Positions 13,846 through 25,800 of a DNA stretch of 64,000 bases are shown here, in pieces (the first letter of the stretch is position 1; each line of letters begins with the position of its first letter). Made by a program: the position numbers and the translations under genes. This DNA comes from Ylistrum balloti. Lineage: Eukaryota. Where the stretch lies: positions 124,001 through 188,000 of the forward strand of contig NW_026782134.1 of NCBI RefSeq assembly GCF_031769215.1, in the 5' to 3' direction. Below the pieces are notes generated by a model. The model had not been told where the DNA came from and did not search any database. It saw only the letters and a list, made by a program, of their open reading frames with translations.

Positions 13846-14726
13846 ATATCATTTATGGAATTTCGATTATATACTAAACACATCATATCGTGCAAGTTGT
13901 TCCTTTGTATGGTGCAGATTCATCCATTGTCTCTATTAGAAGATTATCTTGTTTGTGTTGTACAATATAGTGCGTTCTAGTAAAACTCATTTTATGAATA
14001 TATAGTTTATAACACAGCTGTTTATCAAGCAAAAACCTATACATACGTATAAAAAAAATCAATATCTAAACTTCGTTGTCACATATACATGCTAAACATG
14101 TGTATTTGAATCAAACTTATATGATTGAGATACATCGATGCTATACAAGTTCACATAGTTTCTATATTGTGTATCATGTTGTTATTGTAATGTCGATATT
14201 TTGATTGTCTTTAAACATTTGTTTACAACTAATCACTCATTGTACTTCAAACTGACAAGAAGAATCAGATAGTAATGATCCCTGTTAGGCGTTGGTTCTT
14301 TGGATGGGTTTATCTTTCCCGCGCTCACCTTACAATCATTTAGTTTAATTCCATTCATGTACAGTCTTGACAAAGAACGAGGTTCTTATCTGAAAAACGA
14401 CTAAAAGATTTTCTTTCTGTTTTATACCGTTGATGTTGATGTTGTACTTAATTTTTTCTTCCTTTTCTTCTCTGTTTTTGTTTGTTTTGTTTTTTATGGA
14501 CAGTATGATCTGAGCTTAGGCTTGATATAAAATCCTCTTCTACTCTTTACATATACATTAATTGCTATACTCACCTTCTGTTCCCTAATGTTGGTGGTTT
14601 AAGATGATGCAGTATTCTGTGTCGAAGGCATCCTGGCCTTTTTTTTAAAATCCCAAATGAAGTCGCCATACCCCAAATGAACTAACTCGTGATATGCTTG
14701 TTTTTTAGTTTCTAATAGGGACAAGC

Positions 14727-17700
14727 ATGGCTGTTAATTTTGACGAGACATTGAGGAAGATTGGCGAGTTTGGTCCGTACCAAAGACGTGTATATTTCCT
14801 ATTGTGTCTACTGGTCGTTTTTATCGGCTTGTCAGATGTAGTCAACGCATTCCTCCTTTTTACGCCGAATTACAGGTAAAAATCAATGTTTCCTGTTATC
14901 TCAATTCTTTAAAACTGCTTGATGTATAAGATCAAATGGAGCGGATACACTGGCAGCGTCAGATCCGCTATTTGTAACGAACTTTGGTTAATTATCTCAT
15001 CTGTATTGCTTTTATGTCCAAAGAGTGGGTTGGAATGTTTGTTGGATGTATGAGGATATAATATCTGGGAAGTAACAATTAAATTGTACACCGTCAACCA
15101 AAAATATCTGTCCAGTTGTAGAGTGTTACTAGCCCTATTCACAAAATATATACAATTACATAACATTAGGGAATGAAAAGATGGGGAAATAGTAGGCCTG
15201 ACTGTAAGCCTGCGCCACATAACAGAAAATGATCTAAAAACAACAAACTGGAAGGATTATGCTTACAATTATAACAAACAACTGACCGGAGAGATAACGC
15301 ACACAATTATAGGAAACCACATACCGGGGAAAATAAAACTAACAAATATAGGAAACCACATACCGGGGAAAATAAAACTCACAAATATAGGAAACCACAT
15401 ACCGGGGAAAATAAAACTCACAAATATTGGAAACCACATACCGGGGAAAATAAAACTCACAAATATAGGAAACCACGTACCGGGGAAAATAAAACTCACA
15501 AATGACAAACGCGTATCGGCAAAGATACAGCTCACAAATATGACAAACGCGTATCAATACAGCTCATAAAATATAGGAAACCACGTACCGGGGAAAATAA
15601 AACTCACAAATATAGGAAACCACGTACCGAGGAAAATAAAACTCACAAATATAGGAAACCACGTACCGAGGAAAATAAAACTCACAAATATAGGAAACCA
15701 CGTACCGGGGAAAATAAAACTCACAAATATAGGAAACCACGTACCGGGGAAAGTAAAACTCACAAATATAGGAAACAACTAACAGGAGAAGAAAAAGCTC
15801 ATAAATATGACAAACGCGTATCGGGAAAGATACAGCTCATAAATATGACAAACGCGTATCGGCAAAGATACAGCTCACAAATATGACAAACGCGTATCGG
15901 GAAAGATACAGCTCATAAATATGACAAACGCGTATCGGGAAAGATACAGCTCACAAATATGACAAACGCGTATCGGCAAAGATACAGCTCACAAATATGA
16001 CAAACGCGTATCGGCAAAGATACAGCTCATAAATATGACAAACGCGTATCGGGAAAGATACAGCTCATAAATATGACAAACGCGTATCGGCAAAGATACA
16101 GCTCATAAATATGACAAACGCGTATCGGCAAAGATACAGCTCACAAATATGACAAACGCGTATCGGCAAAGATACAGCTCACAAATATGACAAACGCGTA
16201 TCGGCAAAGATACAGCTCACAAATATGACAAACGCGTATCGGCAAAGATACAGCTCACAAATATGACAAACGCGTATCGGCAAAGATACAGCTCACAAAT
16301 ATGACAAGCAACATACGGGAGAAAATTAAACTCACATACATTAAATCGTCTTTCTATTGCAGTCTAAAGCTGATCACAACAATCGGTAGTTCAAAAGTGT
16401 GTATTGTCCTATATTATAATTAATGAGGAATAAAGAGGGTTTTCTTATTGGACTTATAACCTTCAGAACTACATCAATTAATGGAGGTGTTCACTATGAT
16501 GTTAAGTCATGTAGTGATGAACAATCTCATACCCCATGACATTACCGAGCTGATCCAAATGGTTCTATTACAGTGTAAATGTATATAATGATATATGCTT
16601 ATGTATCATTATAATTTTCTAAATACACTCACCAGATGTTTTGGATTGAACGAGAATACCTTAGCTAACTTTACAAATGGAACAGTTGATAACGAGGAAC
16701 CGAAGTGCACACAAAGTCTGGAAATAATCAATTCGTCTGGACATGAAGAAAATACAGTCGATATCTGTACATCTTGGAAATATGATAAGTCAGTTTTCGT
16801 GGAGTCAATAGTCACTGAGGTATGTTGTTATAGGAATATAGAAAATTACACATGTATTATTTGTCAGACAAAAATCACCCTCACTGAGAAGAGACTAATA
16901 TAATAAATACATATCTTTTGAAATTCAATAACGATAATAAGATAATAAAAGCTATGTGTAAGGGAGTTGTAAGAGAGCATTGATCTCGTTAGCCTATCAT
17001 AAGTATCTTTAATCTCTAATCTGTGGTTGTAAGGATATCACACGTATATAAATATCTATGTCTTTATACATTCCAGAATGACCTCGTGTGTGATAATGAC
17101 CTTATCCCTACCTATATCCAAATGATAGTGTATGTAGGATCATTCTGTGGATCACTGGTTCAGGGAGTACTAGCGGACTGGTATGTTTATCTCAGTACAC
17201 ATAATAAAAGGATATGTACTGTAATGTGTTACATTTTCTCGATGAAACTTTCCTCTCGGTGATGACTTGATATCACAAGTCTTCTGATTCAGGAAAGATA
17301 ACTCGTACACGATTTCTCGGAATTTAATTTACGTTTTGCAAGTTTTATCGTATTTTCAGCGTTATTGCACATAAATGTAAACAGTGTATATGTTTTTCAG
17401 AAATATTTCGATGAATGTAAATAAACACAGAAAAAACATTTCGAAGTTTACATGTTTGTAGCGTTTAATTTATTTTCCATTTAGTATTAATCGTTCAAAT
17501 TATCATTTGCAATTTGACTAATAATTCCTTTCAGCATTGGAAGACAAAAGACGATATGTATCAGTCTAGTCATGTTTTTCCTTTCTGGAATGGCGTCAGC
17601 ATGGTCATCAAACTATTATGCGTTTACAGCCTTTCGATTTCTTCAAGGCTTTTCGTCAAGGGGAGTGTTCATCCCTACTTTTGTCTTAGGTGAGAGTAAA

Positions 17701-20700
17701 ATTGTCACATGGAAACCGACGTTTTAGTTATGGAATATATTTTATTAACTGAATAAATGGCTCGATATACACCAATTACTATTGTTGGTGTCTACCTTTC
17801 TACTATGCTTTTTGTATAAGGACCGCCTTCAAAGTAAGCCACGTTGCGAGTTTATCGGAAATCATAAGTAAATTATATAAACCACTTCCAATAAATTATG
17901 CAATTTGTTGCTATGGTATTGTATCTCCAATTTCCAATTTCTTTGTTGTTTGTCTCTAGCATCGCTGTCAATTAATAATACAAAACGGACAAAATATACA
18001 GAATTTCTGGGATTTTTTTATTATCATTATTATTGAAACGAATTTTTTCTCTTGTGTGTCAAACCTTCCAAATTATTTATCAGATTGTCAAATGCATTAT
18101 GATCCTATTTAGATATCTCTACTTAGTGTAGTGGGCGTGAACCGGCTGGGGAATCGAGGGGTATTAGGTTTTGCATATGACATATGACAACTCTTAATTA
18201 ATGAGACGAGCTGTTCTATTGAAATGAAGATAGACTCCGGATTGAAAACAAATGTTTTTGATCAAGCAGAATCATTTGGATTTTATTCATATCAGAAAAA
18301 ATACAACTGCTAAACTAATCTGGATGCATTTGATTATATCTACGTATATCTAAATGTATCTTTTATTACATGTTATAATTTATAACACTATATATTGAAT
18401 ATGATATGAGATAGAAATGTTATTTTAACTAACTGTGTTGATACTGTCACATGTGATTTTTGGTATTTTTATATTTAAGGTGTGGAAATGGTCGGCCCAT
18501 CAAAAAGACAGTATGCTGGATTCCTCTTGAATTATTTCTACTCGGGGGGAGTCGTATTATTGGCAGGGATCGGATACGGATTTCGGCATTGGAAATATAT
18601 CCAAATTGTTTCCTCAGCACCAGTTATTATATTCCTAATGTATTGGTGGTATGTGCTAATACTATTATCTTAGTTAACTATTTTCTTGCTGCCTTCCGGA
18701 CGCCATTCAATAAAAGAAGCATTTATTCTCATATAAGTTTTGATTTTAGCCCTATACATGTTATCTATTTCAGGATCCTACCCGAGTCCCCAAGATGGCT
18801 GATTAGTAGAGGTAGAAAAACAGAATATAAAGCAGTACTTATGAAAATAGCAAAATCCAACAACAAAGAGAGTTGTGTCCCTTTGAATGATGATTGCTTT
18901 GAAGAAAGTGAGAACGTTGTTTCGACGAAAACCTACCATTTTGAAAATCTTGTTTCAAGCCGTTCACTTCTGTGTCATTCACTTGTCATATGTTTTAACG
19001 TGTAAGTAGTTATTTCAGATATCTTATTTGGATATTGATAAAATATTTGATGTCGACATGCACCAATCAAAATAATGTGAGAAAAAAAATAAGAATTATT
19101 ACAATTACGTTATTGTTACGGCAAAATTACATAAAAAACGCAATTCGATCGACGTAAAAATGAATAACAGTTTAGTGATAACCAAATTTTGTATGCTATT
19201 CCAATTGGTCATAATTTATTTGCAGTTTCGTGGTATATCACTGCTATTTTGGATTCGCACTTAATACCGAAAACCTAAGTGGGAACTTTTATATGAACTT
19301 CTTGATAAACGGACTCGTTGAATTTCCTGCCAACACAATCGCCCTAGTCTTCAGTAACAGGATTGGTCGAAAGAAACTCTACATATCGGCCATGTTTTTA
19401 GCAGGAATCATGTTGTTATGCAGCGCAGGGACGACCGTATTTCTTATAAAAGGTACACGACTCACAAATACATACTATCTTGCTTATACATTTGTAAATT
19501 AACATGAAGATTATGTAACCATTAATGTGTCTCAAAATCTCTTTTAATACCCGGGACAAACATTTTTATTGATGCTGTGACCGAAAAGAATTTTGACGGC
19601 TTATCGTTCGGCAGTTTTTATCAAGAGAGGTTAAAGATTAACGGGGATGTGTTTTTTTATTATTGAAATCGTTTACGACCTTTATTTTTTCTCCAATTAA
19701 CAGCTCAATGGGCTGTAGTATTAAAATTCGCGGGCAACACGCTGAATTCTGGATCATTGGAAAATATTAGTAATAAAGGTCTTATTATCACTTAAGTTTG
19801 ATGTTGACAGATTAACGGTGTTAAGATTTCAGAAATGTGACGCTCGCCATGGCAATGATGGGGAAGTTAGGGGTAACTGTCGGATACTGTGTAATTTATC
19901 TCTGGGCTGCAGAAATATTTCCCACGGTATTTCGTAACAGTGGCATGGGTTTAAGTTTGGCTTGTGGAAACATCGGATATATTGTTGCTCCTTTCATCGC
20001 ACAATTGGTATGTATTTTTTGTATTTAGATTAAGTAAAGAAGTACTGATTAATTTTCCTTGTGTTATAATATTAAAGAGTGTAGACACCAAACACGTGCA
20101 TATGCAGTGCATGTCAATAATAAGATAAGATGTAATTACTACTGGTCAAAGTATGTATTGGCGAGAATCTAACAATGAAAATGAAAATAACTTCAGAGAG
20201 ACCCAATCAATAGCAAGAACATATCCGGAAGTAAACTTTTGCCATAGTTCTTACGGTTTCTTTAGTTTTGGTGCAGTGTAGCTACAACTGTATATTCTAT
20301 GCTTCCTCTGGTAAATAGCAGTAAGTTAACGTGATCACGACTGATGAGAAATAGATTGTTAGCATTGAACTTGCTTCATTCAGATTGATAACAATGAGCT
20401 AGTTTCACTTTGGTCGATGGAGGTGAGTAAGCTTCACTACGATAGATAAAGGTTCATTGTAGCTTTACTGAAGTTGCTAAATAGCAAGTTCGCTTAGTCG
20501 TTACAAAACAGAAAAAAAGAACAAAATTGCAGAGAATATACAATAAATGAACAATAAGCTTAACTGAAGCTTAATGATGGGATTCGATAAAAGAATATAT
20601 ATTCAAGTTTGAAAGATTGAACAAAGCCACCAAGTGATCACATATATATGTCTTTTATATTCAGATTTTTTTGTGCTTCATCAACTCTCCAAAACCCAGC

Positions 20701-21145
20701 AAAGTAAACGATTCTACGATGATGACAAAAATCTTAGAGGCTATTATAATTTCTTTTTTACCTCCTTGGCCTGTATGAATGTTGCATTTCTTCAATTTTA
20801 ACGGCATTTCTATAGGTATAAAGCTATCAAATTACTCTATGTGTTTAACAATTTACATAATATTTATTTGATTTTCTCAAATTATGTTTTCCTTGAGGAT
20901 ATGTGTATGTCAAGTAAGATTTAATTAATTTTCGTGTTCGTTTTACCTTTCAGGCAACAAATGCTACCAGTGCCATTAGTCAGGCGGCTCCTTTGATTGT
21001 GTTTGGAACATTCTCTCTTGCTGCATCCTTACTTACTTTACTGTTACCAGAAACAAATAAAGAACAACTTCCAGAAACCGTGCATTACATAGAAAACGCA
21101 CCAAAGCATTTAAACACTGTTATAAATGCCCAGGATATATCTTGA
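14727..21145 (+). CDS. SLC22-family (MFS) organic ion transporter, paralog 1; 9 coding exons, 529 aa
   Basis: Exons 14727-14875, 16636-16819, 17077-17180, 17535-17689, 18480-18648, 18774-19001, 19226-19452, 19826-20007, 20954-21145. All introns are GT-AG and phases join to 1590 nt without internal stops. Motifs: [49 protein letters not shown]. Exon sizes of 104 and 155 nt are typical of SLC22. The exon 8 acceptor (19825) has a weak pyrimidine tract and the C-terminal end is less certain. Confidence 0.9.
15311..16337. repeat. Compound minisatellite of 39-bp (A) and 38-bp (B) units in intron 1 of SLC22 paralog 1
   Basis: A = AGGAAACCAC(A/G)TACCGGGGAAAATAAAACTCACAAATAT at 15311-15502 (about 5 copies) and 15575-15777 (5 copies plus a partial). 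B = TGACAAACGCGTATCGGCAAAGATACAGCTCACAAATA at 15503-15574 (1 full, 1 deleted) and 15808-16301 (13 copies). Degenerate terminal unit after 16302. Confidence 0.97.
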
Positions 21146-22845
21146 TATGTTGTCTACGTGTCAACACATTGATCGACTACCTGTTGTCACCATTATCCTA
21201 TTCAGTATGTAGGTCATTGATCGAGAATACGTGTGGGCCCAGACTGATAGATGACAGATTGTTCATAAAGCGGTTAATATATGTCATTTTGACATACTTT
21301 TGTTCTACATTGTATATAATTATTGTGTATTATACATTGTTTTTTTCCATTGCTTACTTATTTCTTGTGGCAAATAAATATTCATTGAAATCATTTGCTC
21401 TCATTGAATTTATAATAACATGTTTTATGTGTGTTCAATTTCTGAACAATAGTGGTTCCAGTGATATATACAAAGATTATGTCATATTTGATGGAAGACG
21501 CACATTCTAAGATGGATGATTTAAATATCTATGTAATGACAATAAACCATTACGAGACTTCATTAGCATATTTTTTATTTGTTTCTTCAGTGCAGGGTTT
21601 TTCTCTTGCGTCTCAGCAAAATAGTTGGGAAGATGTCATTAACCACGGACCTGCTCTGTATGGTAGTGAAAGAATATATACATAATGTTACTAAAACATC
21701 TCCATAATTGATCCTGACTCACATTCCGATACCCGGTGGGAGGCATGTTCAAGATAACATGTGTCTCAAACGAGCAAAACATAAAAAAAACTATCGACAA
21801 ATCAACAGAATCTTCATTCAGTCTCAGATTCGATGAAATAAATGAGCAAAAGAAAATTTACACGGAGACCCCTGATGGTAATACTTTTGGTCAAATTTCA
21901 AATTCATTAAACTGCTTATGTTGTGGTTCACATATTCGTATGTGGAAAAGCTAAAGCTATATACCGCTGAGGTTGTGAAGTCGACTTCAAATAAATATAA
22001 ACTTTCTCAATGAGATTATTGCTTGACTTTTTTAATTGAGGCTAGCGAACTCCACATTTACATTTCTAGGTTTCAATATTTTCTCACATATCAATAGCTA
22101 TGTGAGGCAGTTTAATTTTTCTCTTTTGTTTCTATTTCAAATTTTGTTTTTAAAGGTTCACTTCACATGTGTGTCATTTACACAATACATGGATCAGGAA
22201 TGATTCTTTCCGAAAAAAAATAGTGTATCAATGAGTAGAACGAAATAGCTGGTTACAGAAAAAACGGGTCGTTGACTTCCTTTTGTTAGCTGTTCTGGAT
22301 TATACCAAAAGATGTCGACTCGTATAAATGGAAGTAGAGCACGCGCGATGACATGAGGCAATTATATAAAATAAATAAAAAACACCAGATATTTACATGT
22401 ACTGCAGCAGACCATATGACACGACCTAATATAACATGTCGCAAGTTTGTAACACATTGAATAGTTTAAACATTAAAGTCCAATGTGATCAATCTTTTTT
22501 TTAATTTAATGGACATCTTCTATAATTGATGAGTTATATTATGGACGCAGATAATTAATGGAGCTACGACAGGTGATTCTTCTTGCATTTCTTGGATAAA
22601 TTAACAGTCACAATACATTATATTGTTTATCGAAGCATCCAATCAACGTGTTGTTAAGTTGATGGCTATCGATCCCTGATATGTAAAAGGATGTGTCTTT
22701 TACGTGATTTTTATATTAATAAGAAACATATGTTATTCAGTGAACGTCGCTTGTAAGGTTAAGTGTTATACTTGTAAGGTCGGTTCACTTGTAAGGAAAA
22801 TATCGGATCGGCGGTTTATTTACTTTCTACTCCAAGTAGAAAGCA

Positions 22846-25800
22846 ATGTTTCGTCAGGTGATCGATGTGTTGCTGTGGTCATTCCTCCTTATTGGAATGG
22901 TTGGTGGTCATACTTTGCAGCAGAGATCTGGATTCACCAGAAATCCTAATCCATTTATCAAAACTTTGATAACAATGTTGGGTCGGCAAGCGGTAAGTTT
23001 AATCAGCACTATCAGACACTCGTCAATATTTATGAATTTAATAATCTCATAAACTACATAAACTATATTTGTACGAAATGTTAATCTAGATAAAACCTAA
23101 ATTCGAAGTTGAAGACACAAAACGAAGAAATACCATTATACAATGACCTTGTGATCCGTCTGAAAAATTAGTGTTCCGTGTATGATCTATGACCAGTACT
23201 TGTTTACAGCCGATATAACAGCAAAATGGCTGAACATCTAGCATCTTGTTTTATTTATGTCTCTGAGTTAGGACTATTGAAAAGTAGTTTTATGTCTGTC
23301 CAATCAACTTGTTAATAATTTACTCACCTTTCACAAAGTAAATGCACATATCCTCATCTCAAAGAGCATCACCCTCTAGATTGCTTAAACAATTGTATTG
23401 TCACGTCCACGTACTAAATATAGGTGTATCTTTCCAACCTATCATAAAACTTAGATTTAATCTTCAAAGCTGATTTCAGTGCATTTTTATACATTAAAAA
23501 ATATACTTAATACTGGATGCATTTCTTCTGGAAAAAAATGAGATAGTAATAATAAATTGGAATATTTCAATTATCGATGTTTCTGGTGAATATTGAATAT
23601 TATAAATTGGTTTCCGTTGTCATAATTTTATGCGAATTGTGAAGAATAAATTTGGTTTAACTTATGTTACATAAAAGGGAAATACAATTCCTGAATGTAG
23701 GTATATATTCATTCCTGTACCACACAACAAGTCCCGTTACTAATACATGTTAGTAAACCATTATTATTGTATTGGATTAAGAGGAAAACTTCTGTTCAAC
23801 AACTTTATAATTAGAACTGGGGGTAACTTGCGATAACTCTCTGTTTTATCCACAACGTCCCGGAGATATCTGTTAGAGCCCTAGTCCATTGCCTTATACA
23901 TGCACACCTTCTGGCGGGAACCTGGCTCGACATAATTAGTTGATTGGACTATCAATTCATTAGATATCTTTCATGATGGCAAACTATTTCAGAAGTTTTA
24001 GTTAATCAGTTGTCTAGGTAAATCATTCTCATCTTTATATCGAACCCATGATTAATAAACTGGTCAAAGTCGTACGATATTTTCACAGATGCACCATTCA
24101 CTTTTCATCCCGGCCTTCACAATTCAGAGGCTGTTTTTGCTTTACATTCGATTACAACAGAGTCATTCATTGGAAGTATTATTGCTGTTTTGTTGATCTT
24201 AACAAAGCGTTTGATAATGTTGAAACGATTAATTTATGGTATAAATTGTCTAAATTAGGAGTTAGAAGTGCGATATTGCAGGTTGTAAAGTCAATATATA
24301 AAATGGAAGATCATGTGTGAAAACAGATGGTGGTTATTCGTTTTTTTTTTCGCCGTATTGATATCGGATTGACGCAAGAGGAATGTCATCCCTTTTACTT
24401 TTACCAAATGACTTTAAATAATTTTTTAATTAAAATTGTAATAGTCAGTATGATATTGATGAATTGAGTCTGCGGACGACCTACACAGACACAGTGGAAA
24501 GTTTACAAGAGTTGTTAGATAATGTTACAGAGCAATAGAAACTTACATTACATGTCGACAAGTCAAAAATTAAAGTATTTCGCATCGTGAGGAATACCTA
24601 ATGATGAAATAATATGGACTTACAATGGCAAATCAGTGTCTTGTATTGGTCAGGTTATATATCTTGGAGTTTCATTTAAGTACATTTAAGTATGACAATA
24701 CATATAACAGTATTCAAAAACAATTATTTGATCAGGGACGCAAAGCAATGTTCGTTTTATTTTCAAAGTAATCAAACCTAGGCTGAAACTGTAAAACGAT
24801 GTTACATTATTTGAGCAGTATATGTGTTATGCCTGTGAATTATTGGTGTCTTCAAAAGGAGTGATAATTGAAAATGTTCATTTAATTTTTTGTAAGAGAT
24901 CACTTAAAGTAAAGAAATTTACATGTAATGTCATATTTTGAACTTAGGCAATTACTACATTTAAATTGTAACAGAAAATATAGAATAATTAGAAATTGCT
25001 GACAATTACTTGATTCTAAAAACTACATTTTGAATAGTCAAAATATTTTCTACGAAAACTGTTTCAACTGGTTGCATTATGTGAAAAATCAATTGTTTGT
25101 TTCAGAATTTAGTGATGTATAGTAAAGTCACCAAACTTGACATTTGAAAAGCATGTTACCATTAACTTTAACTTTTAGGTAAATTTGATATTTGACTAAA
25201 TATATTATACAGAATTTTAGAATTCATTTAACAAGATAACGTCTGTCTTCACATTCTTTAGCAATAGAGGCAGACAGGTTCCATTATGTCGTTATCGAAC
25301 TCAAAGCTACTGTACAGCTTGTTATTCAACCACCGAAGTAGAAGATGAATGTGATACCTAGAGGATTTAAGACAATTTTACAGGATAAGTCACGTGAAAA
25401 ACCGTCTGTGTTCAAATTCATACAGCTGCTTTCAGCGGAAATACCAAGGAATTATGAATTAAGTAAATCAATTTTTGAGTCAAATAAGTTATGGAATTGA
25501 TTTCGTACTTCGTTCTCCACACCTTTGCATTGTTTTCTTGTAATCCAATCTTGTACTAGTGTGTACAGGGTCATGTTTTACTGGTGGTCCGTTTGGCCAA
25601 ATGTTACTAAAATGAAATGAAGTAATGGCCAGATCTTCCTGTATTATGTGAATGAATCAAATTAATAATTACTTTAACCTTTACGGCAAACTTTCTATGG
25701 CATTTTACAAGTGGATTAGGATAACAAATTCCGGTATTTCTAACGGAATATTTGGCTAACGTAGCATAGGTTGACAACCTTAGGAGATATTTATTGTTTC

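Noticed and set aside
15269-15778. Minus-strand ORFs with repeated FPIFVSFIFPG(M/T)W or FYFPRYVVSYICE peptides
   Set aside because: Translation artefacts of the 39-bp minisatellite (unit divisible by 3) inside an intron.
15808-16301. Regular 38-bp repeats superficially like a CRISPR array
   Set aside because: Head-to-tail units with no unique spacers, no cas genes, and a eukaryotic intronic context.
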